A stretch of 64,000 nucleotides of DNA from Marsupella aquatica (Eukaryota; Plantae; Marchantiophyta), in NCBI GenBank assembly GCA_973895155.1, contig OZ316892.1:23351168-23415167 (forward strand), in the 5' to 3' direction. Under the pieces are notes generated by a model. It saw only the letters and a list, made by a program, of their open reading frames with translations. It was not told the origin of the DNA and did not search any database. This document shows positions 37,801-50,138 of this stretch, one piece after another (the stretch's first letter is position 1; every line of letters begins with the position of its first letter). Made by a program: the position numbers and the translations under genes.

Positions 37801-38996
37801 CCCAATGCTGTGATTTTGTGCTTTGTCTGGAATGCTATGGCGCCCATGCTACAATTTGTGGTTTTTGTCTAAGCACAAATCCTCTCTGTGCCTGGTCTCT
37901 GTGTTTAGTCATTTGGATTGATTGTACAGACGTTTCCTCTTCTCCCAGTCCTTGTCATCCACCAGCCAAAGCACATTGGATTGTTTTCAAAGGAGACCTG
38001 TGTAGTTCAAAGGGTTTGATCTGTGCAGCAGATTTGAGCAGATTGGCGGTTGTTAGTTTTCTTCTTGTAAAACCTGTCTGTCTTTTCTGCTTTTGGCCAT
38101 GCTCCTTCACTTCTTGCTGCAAGCTCAATGTGCTTCAGCTATGGCAATATTCACTTACCTTGTCCCAACGCCACTGCCGTGAGCTGCGGGACAGCCAACG
38201 GAAGCTGTGTACAGATTGCATGTAAGTCAAGGTATTTTATGGATTGCGGAATAACTGTCCAAGTATGCTGCAGTGGTCGGTCTTGTGCAGCTCAATGAGC
38301 CAATTTCATTTTCCCTGTGCACTTCTATTTCTCAGAGAATTCCCTGGTCATGCTCATTTCCCCCGGAGTTAGAGAACAAAGAAGAAGAGCTGACTAATTG
38401 TAATTCCAATCCATATCCTGATCGGTCAAGGATTGTTCACTACATTGGCCTTGTCATTGGCCGAGGTCACCAAATTTTGCTTGGTTTCATTCCTGTGGAG
38501 CACTGCTGTGATGGATGAATAGTTTTGTCTTGCCTTGAAGTGGGACATTGGATATATGAATCCCTCAAGCCTTGTCTGTTTTCAAAAGCTCACATTGTTT
38601 ACCTTCAGCTATGGGCAGTTGACATCTTTTAGCATTCTTTGTGGTGGTGCCTTTGTTGCAGAGCTCCTGCTCCAACTGCCCCTTTTTCCTGGTAAGTTGT
38701 GCAACCTTGATTCCAGTATAGATTGAAGTATTCTTGTCTTAATTGTGTCTATGTACATAGTGTCCTTCATTGCAACTATCGCTTTGACCTGCTGAGTTTC
38801 AGCAAAGTGAATAAGGCATTTTGCCATAAGGCATCCTGCCATCATTCCAATCAACTTAAACTAAATTCTTAAGAAGGCTGTTCATAATGGTAAGGAGATA
38901 GTGACAACTTTGTGGTTGGTGACATGTACATGTAGCACATGTGATGAGTGATTCACTTATGTTGGACAATGGCACTAAATTGTAGTTGATGCAGAG

Positions 38997-39553
38997 TTGT
39001 CAGACTCTCAACCAAGTGGGAGCAGGGTGAAGCGACGTCAAAACTTGGGAGCAACATTGGATGCAAGTAAGATTGTAGATGCCCTAATTGAAGCAAGTAC
39101 AATATTGGCAGATACTGAGATGATGTCGCAGGGATATCCTGCTACACAATCAGAAGTGTCAAATATGGATGCAGATTCTTTGAAGAAGAGTGTAGCCAAT
39201 TCTCGATCACCAGCACAAAACACTCGTGCCAAAGTCATGACTCGCAACCAAGGTATGAATAATGTCATGTATAAGCCACCCAGGAAAGCCAAGAAAAACA
39301 GCTAGGGTAAGGTGGAGGTGATATCATGGGAGGATGACTTGCAGATATTGTGGGTACAGGCATTTTGCGACCGGATCATGCTAAATTCCATGGCAAAGTG
39401 GTCCCGGATGACCATGTAGTAGTGTTGTTGACTACAGTGATTGTATCTAATTTGCCATTTCCAAATAGAGATGATGATCCACCTCAGGAAATAATTGCAG
39501 ATGCAGTAGGATCTTTTGTGCTCTGGCCATCAAAGTGTGTTAGTCTGCAGTGA
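38997..39553 (+). pseudogene. CACTA-2 TnpA-like C-terminal exon (Tnp1/En-Spm-like domain), one internal stop
   Basis: VGTGILRPDHAKFHGKVVPDDHVVVLLTTVIVSNLPFP...IADAVGSFVLWP matches the HG..IP...V.V..V...LP.P...DA.G..I.WP signature of CACTA second-gene C-termini. Confidence 0.65.
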
Positions 39554-40007
39554 CTGAATGCAAGTGTAGATAGAACCATGTGAATTGTGTTACATTTTGA
39601 CATTGCCTTGGAAAGATCCAAGAAATATCTGTACCAATTTTTCCATTTGGTAAAGAGGATGAAGGATTCGTTATCATTATGTGTGACATGTATATTTTTG
39701 AATTTTGTGTGTATGTATGAAACAAGTGATTGATGTCAAACTATGGCTGTAAGGTGATTGTCTATGATACTTGAATCTTTTTTGTATCATTTCAATATTA
39801 GTGTGTATGGTAGTTTCATGCTTTGTGACCTTATAGAGTGAGTTCATTTACAGTACACAAAAAAACATGAATGGAATGTCTTATTTGTGCACAAGAGTGA
39901 GTTCATTCCAAGTAGTATAGTGGGGTCTTCATCACTCATTTCGAGTTGACATGAAAGACTTATACATACCCCACGAAGTGTCTCCTTTAGTTGTTTTGTA
40001 AACCCAC

Positions 40008-40304
40008 CTCGGGGGTCTCACTATATGGGGACCTCCCCATCGCCTGCGACGTTTTGAGGCCTGGGACCCCCTAAAATGTAAGAAAAAAATATTATTTTTT
40101 AACCCCTATAAAGTTGGAATATTCTTGGAATATTCTAAAAATTGGATTAAAAAGACCCTAATGTTCTTATAAGTCTCAAAATTGAATTTAAAAGACCCTA
40201 TTGTTCTTCTACAAAAATTCTTAAGTCTTCCCTTAGAACCAATAAAATGACCCTATCCTTCGTCGCACGTGATATGCCATTTTTGTGGAAGTGAAACCCC
40301 CGAG
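40008..40304. mobile_element. 297-bp MITE, copy 1
   Basis: TIR CTCGGGGGTCTCAC / GTGAAACCCCCGAG with 8-bp TSD AAACCCAC. Confidence 0.92.
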
Positions 40305-41889
40305 AAACCCACAAAGTATACTTAAAGACTACCCTCCATAACCTGTTTAGTCCTTCCCAATGACTCACCATCGCACCCCTTAAAAGACTGAAAATGACTC
40401 ACCAAAGCTACCCAAACAAAGACTCGTGAACAAGTTCTATAAAGGACTCAGTTGATTATAGTAACAAAACATATGACTCATAGTCCTATAAAGGACTGGA
40501 GTCGTTTCCGAGTCCTATACGGTACTACATAGTCGTTTAATGGGGTCTAAATACCCCCCGGTTTCTACTAGTGCCATAAGCTCCTCCCGGCCTTCAATTC
40601 CAGTTCGCGACCACGCACCTCCCCGGCTTTTGCCAAAGAAAACATCTCCCGACGCTCTTTCGATGCAAAGCCCGACTAAGGAGTGGCACTTTGGTCGGGA
40701 AACCTAAAACTTGTCCAACTATGGATCCGATTCTTACAGCATCGGAACAAGCGATGCTATAATTATCGGAAACATAGTGGATCATGTCCAATTCTTACAA
40801 CATCGGACCCCTCTTGTTAATTCCTTGTATTACTCATGTCCGAAGTCTTTTCCGATAGAATAACTATGGCAATTAATTTGGTTGTATGTTTGATGACCCT
40901 ATGTTGGTTCTATGTGTTTAAGCAGGGTTTTAGGGATAAGGTGGACCGTTGGAGCCACGGTCCCTTCTCATTGTGTGGTTTGGAGATGGTTGGTATGTAT
41001 AGATGTTGCGAGTTATATTTGAGAGTTGTGTGGTATTTACATTGTGACATTTTGGGGGCAAAATATGGATTCACCTAGCTAGCTAACCTTATGCATACAG
41101 TGACATGCCAAATTTTGCAGTTCTTTTTTGCAGAGGGTTAAGTCACTCAGTTTTTGCAGAGGGTTAGGTTGCTGAGCTTTTTTGGGGGTCCATTTTTGTA
41201 ATGCATCATGCACAGCGAGAGCCTGCACGTCTGAAAGGTATGGTTGGACCACTCTAAAAGGTTCTGGAGGTGAATGTTGGGAGGTGCCCGACATAGGTCG
41301 GCCCCCTAGCCAACTATAATTATGGTCATACAGAGGTTAATTATTGATCTTGTTCCACACTAATTAAGTTGAAGTGTTCTTGTGCAGTAATTTCAGACTT
41401 GTCTTAGCATATAGTCTAAGGTCAAGATCCTAGTTGGCACTGCAGAGCGCGGGTCTCATTAAGGTATTATTGATTTAAACATTTTTTTGTTTTGCCTTAA
41501 GACATATATATGTAAATCACAATGGTGCGGATTCTAAAATATAATGACATTGTGTATGGATGATGGGCAGATGTCCAGTTCTGGGAGTTCTGAGTCGGAC
41601 TCAGACTCAACCTCGTCATCCCCCTCCTCCTCCCCCTCCTCGGACTCAATGTCCTCCTCCTATAGGACCTATTCCATGTTGGTGTGTTAGATGTAAAGGC
41701 ATGGTGGTTCGTCAAGCCTGGGAAGCCATTGAGCACATTGAGAACTATGGCTGACATGAGGGTGATTTACCTGGATATTCTGCTCGCCAGGTATGCATCA
41801 TTTATTGCGCTTGGAGACATTGATATGCACAAGTTGTAACATTGCACCCATACATTTATTAATTGTTGGTATTTTTTGTGATTGAATAG

Positions 41890-42900
41890 CCTGTGCCTCG
41901 TAGGACCTCTCCTCCATTGGTCTCTAATGACTTATGGGTAAACACACTTTTGGCTGGTGCAAGAGAGTTGTTAGCAGCATCATCAGATCCCCCTCAATGT
42001 AGCCTCCCTTGTGTTGATCTGGAGACTATACCAGTTCCATCTAGGGTTGGTCGCACCCGAGCACGTTCCCAAAGACAACAGTGTCGTTATGAACCCTTGG
42101 GTGTGCATGAGACCGAGGACCAAGTTCTGCACCATACTCATAGAGTACCGCCAGGAGAGGACTATGTGGAAGTGGAAGGGAGGTTGGGGCTTTCATATGT
42201 CACTGGGAAGGCATTGACAGTCTTGAAGGATTTCTCATCTGAGAGATTCAAAATACCCCCTGGCCTAACCACTGACACTCCTATCCACATATGGGGTCAC
42301 CAATGGATAGTGAAGACATCCTCCCTAGGTCCTGACATAGGATTTGGCGTATTTTCCTTGGAGGACATTTTGGTCCCTGCAAAGCCATGGCCCCGAGGTT
42401 ATGATGGGGAGCACCTATTTCCATATATTGGTCCCGTATACACTTCAAAAATTTGGAACATTCTATTGCGCCAACACCCATCTTGGGGTGTCTATGCATT
42501 GCAAATGGATTCTGATCCAGATGAGGTCATGCGGAGGCCTTGGCATTCTCGGATGATTGATGGGGACCCTGTTTGCTCCGACAACATAGCCGGGTACATT
42601 AATAGTACTCATGGGAGAGGGAGAGGACTTAGGCCTAATGTTGAGTGGATACAAATATTTGGTCCACCTAGAGAGCCTTATTATGTAAAACACATGGATG
42701 ACCATGTCATGACTGTAGCCATTACAACCATTAGGGCTGGCGAGGAGTTGTTTTGCGACTATGAGTGGGATGCTCCCAAGAAAGCATTCCTTTCTCACCC
42801 TGTGAAGGGCAGACATGGATATACCACCTCTTTTGTTGAACATAAAATACATGACAATGGTTTCCAAACAAATTTGGTTCTTTGTATAAATAAATCCTAA
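41890..42900 (+). CDS. SET-domain protein exon inside intron 1 of CACTA TnpD
   Basis: VKTSSLGPDIGFGVFS (GxG), IDGDP...NIAGYINST (motif III-like) and IRAGEELFCDYEW (ELxxDY). The acceptor AG at 41888-41889 is in frame with the TnpD exon-1 donor at 41790. Confidence 0.82.
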   Translation, partial: PVPRRTSPPLVSNDLWVNTLLAGARELLAASSDPPQCSLPCVDLETIPVPSRVGRTRARSQRQQCRYEPLGVHETEDQVLHHTHRVPPGEDYVEVEGRLGLSYVTGKALTVLKDFSSERFKIPPGLTTDTPIHIWGHQWIVKTSSLGPDIGFGVFSLEDILVPAKPWPRGYDGEHLFPYIGPVYTSKIWNILLRQHPSWGVYALQMDSDPDEVMRRPWHSRMIDGDPVCSDNIAGYINSTHGRGRGLRPNVEWIQIFGPPREPYYVKHMDDHVMTVAITTIRAGEELFCDYEWDAPKKAFLSHPVKGRHGYTTSFVEHKIHDNGFQTNLVLCINKS

Positions 42901-43627
42901 ACCCTAAACCCTAAAACACTTGTCTCATTGTGGGTCTCTTCTAATATTTATGTATGTTTGTGAACTGCTAGAATGCGTATGTTCAACCAGATGTGGGGGT
43001 ATTATCACGAGCAATGCGACAACACCTTGTCGAGGCCATGAAAGATTGGCGTAGGGCTCAAGCTTCAGCGAATGAAGATATCCCTCCTGAGCAAGTATCT
43101 AATGCCACCAATGACATACTTGAGGATGAGAGGGCCATGGATGATCTCATGCACCAGTTCTATGACGTAGAGGATGGTGACCATGGTATGGGTGATGCAT
43201 TTGACACCACAACACATGCTCATCATGACATTCCTTCACGTTGAGGTTCCCCTCTAGACAATGGGAGGAAGCTCGTGACCATGCACAAACAAGGATTTTT
43301 GAGGGGTCACAGCTGTCTCGACTATCAGGAATAATGTTATTGTTGAACTTGCAACAAAGACATGGTGCAATCAATCTCCTTCTTGATGATCTTTTCAGGA
43401 CTTTGCATAGTCGGATTTTTCCAGAAGGGAACTGCTTGCCTAGTTCCTGGAAAGCAACAAAAAAGGTGTTGAAATCCATAGGTCTCAAATATGAAGTTAA
43501 ACATGCTTATTTTCCTCTTATCCCTAGATTACGGCACCAGTACCGATGTGCGGAGTTGGCTGAGTATATGGTGTGGCATTCCAAGAACCGGTCAGATATG
43601 ACTTCAGATCCGCCCACCATGCGTATG

Positions 43628-43924
43628 CTCGGGGGTCTCACTATATGGGGACCTCCCCATCGCCTGCGACGTTTTTAGGCCTCGGACCCCCTAAAATGTA
43701 AGAAAAAAATTTTATTTTTTAACCCCTATAAAGTTGGAATATTCTTGGAATATTCTAAAATTTGGATTAAGAAGACCCTTATATTCTTATAAGTCTCAAA
43801 ATTGAATTTAAAAGACCCTATTGTTCTTCTACAAAAATTCTTAAGTCTTCCCTTAGAACCAATAAAATGACCCTATCCTTCGTCGCACGTGATATGCCAT
43901 TTTTGTGGAAGTGAGACCCCCGAG
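43628..43924. mobile_element. 297-bp MITE, copy 2, inserted in the TnpD coding sequence
   Basis: Perfect 14-bp TIR CTCGGGGGTCTCAC with 8-bp TSD TGCGTATG. Near-identical to 40008-40304. Confidence 0.93.
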
Positions 43925-46900
43925 TGCGTATGATGGTGGACTCACCTGCCAATAGGTTTGTGGAGGACCGATGGGGTGAGTTCAAGACAAATCCACGTCA
44001 TGTACGTCTAGGTTTGGCATCAGATGGGATCAGCCCCTTTGCATTGGCAGGGAAGGCCCAACCATACTCAGTTTGGCCAGTAGTCCTTACAAATTACAAC
44101 ATCCCTCCATGGATGGCCATGAAGAAGGGTCATTTGCTGCTCTCAATGATTATCCCAGGCCCCAAACAAGTAAAAAAGATTGATGCTTACTTGCAACCAT
44201 TGTTGGAGGAGCTTCAACAACTATGGAGAGGAGTGGATTTCTATGATGGTCGAGTGCTTACGGGTGGTTTACCTCGTGAATTTAAATTGAAAGCCATCTG
44301 TATGTGGGCCATACATGATCTTCCGGGTATGTGGAAATATACCTCATCCCATATAAATTATGCATGGTTTGTCATTTCTGGATAATATACCTCACCCCAT
44401 ATTAATTATGCCTTGGTTTATCATATATTGGAGCCCTGGCCATTGTTTAATGTATGCAGTGGGTGTGAACATTGTAGGGTTTGGATATATCTCTGGGTTG
44501 CAGGTCTCGGGATACCGAGCTTGCCCAACTTGTGGGCACGATTTGGAGGGAGTGGCGCGCCCAAAGTCTACCACCCTACGGAAGATAGTTTACATTGGTC
44601 ACACAAAGTATCTCCCCCCAGAGCATGAATGGAGGCGTGACCCATTCTTATACAACACAGATGATGGCCAACCAGACACACGCCCTCAACCAGTGCCAAG
44701 GGATCCACATTATTGGAAAGATGTATGGGATAGAGTGACAGACCCGGATGATCCATTACAATTGGCCCGATGTGGCATGACTCGATTGTCTGCATTAATG
44801 TCAAAGCTGCCATATTGGGCTGAGATGCCAATTAACCATTTGTTTGACCCTATGCACATTGAGGGGAATGTTGGGAGGTCATTGATTCGCCATCTATATG
44901 GAGAGAAAGACAACAACTGGAGAGAGAGTTGTGAGGAGATGGGGAGATGGCGATGCATGGCCCTCATGGGTTTTGGCCATCTATGGATCCTCCTAATGCC
45001 CCCCTGACTATTCACCCTCCTTGGGTATTGACCAGAGGTGAGCGGACTGAGTTTCGCAAACGTATAGGGTCAATGAGGTTTCCCACAGGTTATGGCGCCA
45101 ATCTTCGTAAGGCATTTGGGGGTGATGATTCTCCAAAATGGCCATCTTACCTGAAAATACATGATTTTCATCGGTTACTCGAACATGTCATTCCAGTTGC
45201 AATTATTGGATTGGGTAGTGAGGATCTTCGAGATGCCCTATGGTCATTAGGTAAGCTCTTGAGGTGGGTGTGTCAGAAAGAGGCGAATGAGGATGAGATT
45301 GCAGCAATGGACCTTTTTGGAGTGGAGGTATTCTTTGATGGTCAAGTTCACTTCCTCCTCCACCTAGTGCGTGAGGTTGCGATTGCAGGGCCGGTACATT
45401 GTTGTTGGATGTACTGGGTATATAGAGCAGTATATGGGAGTGATGAAGTCATATGTGTCAAATCATGCAAGAGTGGAAGGTAGCATTGTTGAGCGTCATC
45501 TTGGAGCAGAGAGCATGTTTTATTGTACAAACATTGTAGCTACACTTGATCCCAGAGCTCCAAGGGGCTGGATAGACGAGGCATCAAGGGAAGCAGACTT
45601 TGAGGATGACCGTCTCACAGGGGCAAAGGGAGAACGACTTATGGACTCAACTGAGCGTCTTCAACTTACTACATTTATGTTGTATAACTCGCCTGAGATT
45701 GTGGGAGATTGGACAACTTTTTATGAGGAGGAAAAGGCAAATAGTCGTCGGCCACGCAACTTCCCCAAGTTTGTCCCATACATGAGGGCAAAGTTGACAG
45801 AGATTGATGCCTTGTTGGAGCAAGGGGAGAGTGTGTCAGACTTCCCTTTGGTTACAGACAGTTTTCGCACCTTGGTTCATGGACCATTACTTACGGTGAC
45901 AACTCGGACAGCCATGTGGTCAAAGGGAAGACATTTTTGTGTGCAATGACTTGATGACAAGAGGGCAGCTACACAAGATTGTGGGCTCATGGGTTGGTTC
46001 ATCCAAGATTCACAAAGTAGCATATCTGATAGGAATCCAATACGCTCTATGGTGGCCCACTATGGAAAGATTGAAGAGATATTGAGTGTGAAGTACCATG
46101 CGCACACCACTTTGGAGGAGGTGGTGTTGAAGTGCAAATGGTTTTGGATGAACCTTGTTGGCCAAAACCAAACTTGCAAAGAAGATGCTTGTGGGTTCAC
46201 ACGGTTGAAGACAGGTGCAAATAGTGTCATTAGCTCAACTTGGAGAACCTCTGATCCATTTGCATTCCCCCATCATCTTGAGCAGGCCTTCTATCTTCCC
46301 TATCCCGATGATCCTGAGTGGTCCATTGTCATGAGTTATATTCCACGATCACGATCCATAGTCCAGGAGCGACCCAATGTAGTTGTAGTAGAAGATTTGG
46401 ACCCTGAGCCTTGAGGTCCTTGCTAGTGTACCTTGGGACCAATCAAATAGGACCACCTCTGAATGTTTACTTTTACCGGCATTATTTTTATGATTGTTTT
46501 ATTTCATGTACCCTCTCCTATGAGAGTGACCACATTTCTTAATAAACTTATGAATGTTGGTTTTCCCACACTCTGTCCGATGTAGTGACCAATGGAAAGT
46601 ACTCGGAAACATAGTGCCTTACAATTGTGGCAATATCCGATTCAATCTGCATCGGACCCCTCATGAAAGTTATCGGAGATATTTCCGATCCTCTCCGCAT
46701 CGGAACACTTCCGATGCCAAAAATAACGGAAATAGGGACCGATGGCTTTTGTATCGGAAAAATAATATGCGATGTAAAAATAATGGCAAATTGCGTAAGG
46801 TAAAATATCGGAACTGTGCGACGGTATTAGTATCGGAAGAGTGACGAGGCACAATATCGGAGCATTGGAAAAACACTGAAAATGTACTAGTGCATGTAAG

Positions 46901-46926
46901 GAAACCCGTAGATCCATTGGAGCTGA

Positions 46927-47263
46927 TCTATTCATTAAAAGTGAATTATTATTCAATTTATGAACATTTGGGCAATAGAAAGTGTACATTTGGGTTTCTA
47001 AAAGTGTACATTTGAGCAAGAAATAAAGGTGATGGCCATCAGACATACCACCATGTTCATCTTTTATAAATGAACTAGGATGAGACTCCTTCTAGTAAAG
47101 ATAATTTTTTCTCCCTCAAGTTTACAATTGACTGTTTAGGTGTAGAGTATTGTACTATAGTATACCTTTTGGGGTTAAAAAGTGTACATTTAGAGACCAA
47201 AAAGTGTACATTTTGAGGCCTAAAAGTGAACAAAATAAAATACATTTTTAATGAATAGGGTGA
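46927..47263. mobile_element. About 335-bp MITE-like element, copy 2, in Copia RNase H
   Basis: Same TIR and internal sequence as 16280-16616. Confidence 0.8.
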
Positions 47264-47286
47264 TCTCAATAGGGTGGGACTATCAC

Positions 47287-47358
47287 CTGGTCCAGCAAGC
47301 ACCAGGCAACTGGTCCAGCAAGCACCAGGCAACTGGTCCAACAAGCGCCAGGCAACTG
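47287..47358 (+). repeat. 23-bp tandem triplication inside Copia RNase H
   Basis: CTGGTCCAGCAAGCACCAGGCAA x3 (third copy with two differences), duplicating the WSSKxQ codons. Confidence 0.9.
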
Positions 47359-50138
47359 TCTCCCGGAGCACCACCAAGGCTGAATACAGGGCACTATCTC
47401 AAGGGGCTCGAGAAGGGGTTTTTCTTCGTCGACTTATTGCTGAGCTTCAGTTCATTCTTGCACTTTGGGTGGCACTTCATTGTCCCCAGCAGCCCGATGT
47501 CCTTTCTGGTTTGTCCATGGCACAAACACCCACCACTCAAGATTTGCATCTAACTCTGCATTGTACGTGACAATCAGGGTTCCATCAACCTTGCCAAAAA
47601 TCCAATTTTTCATGCTCGAACCAAGCATATTGAGCTGCAGTATCACTATATTCGTGAACGTCTGCTCGAGGGGGAGGTATCTGTCAAATATATTTCTGCG
47701 ACAGATAATCCAGCAGACATTCTCACAAAAGCACTTTCAAAGTGGAAATTTGAGCAGCACCAGAGTTTTATTGGAATGAGATCTTTACAAGATGTCTTGG
47801 CCAGCTCGCCATCTACCTTTGCTCAGAGTGAGTGATATCTCTGTAAATCTCTAAGCAATACTCACATCGGTATATCTCCTTTCCAATGTGATCTTGTAGC
47901 AAGGTGATAAAGAGATAAATGATTGTTTACTCCTTAACAAGTTGATTTTGTTCCCGTTAGGAGTGGATAAGATGGAAAAGACTAAATTAACACAATTTGA
48001 GAAGTTTACACCAACATTCTTAGGTTTGAGAGATTTCTAATGATCTCCTTAACATAAGTGTTTAACCACAAACTCAAGTGAGTAATCCTCAGGATTCATA
48101 GTGCAAAAATAAATACTAGAATTAGCAAAGATTCAAACTAGAGAGAGTAGGTATGAGGTTTCAAAGTGCAAGGACGTTGAATTTTGACCATCACCACTCC
48201 TTCAATAAGGATTATGGCCTAATTTAAGATTCGGAAATCAATATTGTGTATGCTTTTTGATTTCTCATAGCAACTCTTCTTCATCTCTTGAATTCAGAAT
48301 ACAACAATGTAAATCAACCCTGGACACTTTTCTGGTCTTGCATAAGACGGTACTAGAATACTCAAATTGGTTTACTTCTCTTACTATCCTTAAGATTGCT
48401 TGTTTGATCGAGTTTCATGCAATTTCAATTTCCTCTTTGATGAATCTTCTATATGTATTGGTCACAAACCCTGCTAATCTTCCAATATCGTCATAGGCAC
48501 ACGCTAGTATCCATTGAATCATTGCACAACAACTCAAGGGTTGCTAATCTTGAACTTCTCTTTACTTAACCATGGTAAAAAGAAGGGAATCTGAAAAGAC
48601 ATAGATTCATCCAAAATCAAAATGGGGAAATCAAATGCATCTCTCTCTTGGTTGACTTTGGGCTCTGAGCCTCCTTTTGTACTAAAAGTGGAGATTATGA
48701 AAAAACATGCCTTTTCAAAACCCAAGTCTAAAGGAATATGTAAATAAAAGTAAACTATCATAGTCAAAAATATATGGAGTAGAGTCTCCAATAGATATAT
48801 CAACAAAATATTGGAGTCTACTTACTCATATACTAGTCTAGTACATAGCCATTTCTAGGTCTAAACTAATGTGGCTCTAACTCTCTAAATATAACTCTAT
48901 TCTGGTCCTAACTTTTGAGAAGGAACCTCCTTAGGGCTAGCTACAACAAGGGGCTCTGGTCGGACGAAAACTCCCTACTGTCCAGTGGTAAAAGGAAGGG
49001 ACGGGTCAATGTCCAGGTTCTCCTAATGAGCGCTTGGATCATGGGAATAAGTGTAAGAATGAGAGTGGAGGTGTGTATTGGTGGTGTAAATGTATCATCT
49101 ACCTTGGCACTCACATCTACCACTGACATGATTTCGGACCAATTGAGAAGTATTTCCGCACATAGAGAAGGGTGTTTTTCATTCTCGCCAATTTTGTTGA
49201 AATGACACAAATAGCGATCCAAAATTCCGCAATATCCCAATAGTTCCATTTTTGTATCGTAGATGGGATTTCATTGAAGGGGTGAGCAATGCCCACAGAC
49301 TACCTCATTATATATATTTAAACTTCCGAAATGTACTGTTTGTTGTTGACAACGTTCAACTTTGTTTCCAACATGGAAAATCCTTATTTTCCGTCAACTT
49401 GTACACATGGAAAATAGTTTTGCTTCCAAACCCAAACACATAAAGGAAAGCAACTAGCGATACTCGTATCGCAAACCACATTCATCATTTGAGAATATAC
49501 TCCAAAAGTAGCTCAACCTCTCCTTTCAAAAACTTTACTATCAACAATTTGAAAAGTTACATCATAGTTGCCCAAAATTTACTACACAATTCAACGCAGT
49601 TGATCTACTTTTAACCAAAAAGTAAAGTGACAAAATCATGGTAACCATTCCGCCTAACCATCGTGAAAAGTGATTGTGAATCAGCAAAACTATGGTACAT
49701 AACTCCAAAGCACAATATGTGCACCTTTTACAGGACCAATTTGAAAAAATCACCCCAAAATGCAAAAAGCGATACTTGTATCGCATCTAGAACCAAATTG
49801 TCTCAATGGCTGATTAAAGCAACCCACAGTACAATATCCCAAATAGAATAAAAACTGCATCCACCCCGGAGGAAACACTTAACATGTACATTAATTTTGT
49901 CGTTAAAACACTAATTTGAACCTTTTTTAATCACCCAAGCTATTTTGTCGTGTAGCGGCTGACCAGTCAGAAGTAGCCACATGGCTCAGGGTCACCAAAA
50001 ACTATAAATACATCAACGCCGACTAAGTTTTTTGCACCATTTTGTTTCACAAAGTTATGCGTCTATTTGAGTTTTTTGAGCATAAGAGCATTTTGTGACA
50101 GGAATGCCCAACAGTATAGAGTTAGTTATATGTTAGCC

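Larger units (their letters stand above)
16804..40573. mobile_element. CACTA element 2 (non-autonomous: TnpA-like remnant, no TnpD)
   Basis: TIR CACTAGTAGAAA / TTTCTACTAGTG with TSD CCA (16801-16803, 40574-40576). GACTC subterminal repeats lie near 40320-40540. Confidence 0.93.
41560..46414 (+). pseudogene. CACTA-1 TnpD transposase (Cys/His N-terminal exon, Transposase_21, DUF4218- and DUF4216-like parts), disrupted
   Basis: Motifs: PCWCVRC..H, YFPLIPRL, RHVRLGLASDGISPF, YSVWPVVLTNYNIPPW, AIHDLPG, GYRACPTC, DPMHIEGNV, EGSIVE, HYGKIEEI, DPFAFP. It is disrupted by stops, frameshifts and a MITE at 43628. Confidence 0.92.
12656..46892. mobile_element. CACTA/En-Spm element 1 (about 9.8 kb excluding nested insertions)
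   Basis: 14-bp TIR CACTAGTACATTTT / AAAATGTACTAGTG and 3-bp TSD CAT (12653-12655, 46893-46895). Dense subterminal TCCGAT/ATCGGA motifs occur at both ends. The element interrupts Copia RNase H. Confidence 0.95.
8957..47835 (+). mobile_element. Decayed Ty1/Copia LTR retrotransposon (outermost layer of the nest); outer boundaries approximate
   Basis: The LTR-like end ...TCA (9113) is followed by PBS TGGTATTAGAGC. The gag region runs 9190-10700 (ALKGLPASW, CxxC knuckle), followed by protease WLIDSCASVH and RT (RLKARLVAHGF, HHMDVITAFLNG, LFVDDLL, TRPDLAY). RNase H resumes at 46896 after the CACTA (CKETRRSIG...TWSSK...FHARTKHIE...ADILTK). There are many stops and frameshifts, the integrase core is missing and no 3' LTR was found. 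Confidence 0.85.

Noticed and set aside
36000-38900. Short ORFs inside CACTA-2
   Set aside because: No motifs were recognised. They are probably UTR, intron or decayed upstream exons of the TnpA-like gene.
42894-42915. Telomere-like CCCTAAA units (also GGGTTTAGGG at 17170-17620)
   Set aside because: There are only 2-3 units inside TE sequence, not an interstitial telomere array.
47850-48900. Possible decayed LINE 3' region on the minus strand (ETLLHIF-like word)
   Set aside because: It is too degenerate to support without an alignment.
48900-49300. Left TIR/TSD of the MTase-carrying element
   Set aside because: The right end lies outside the window, so no terminus can be validated.
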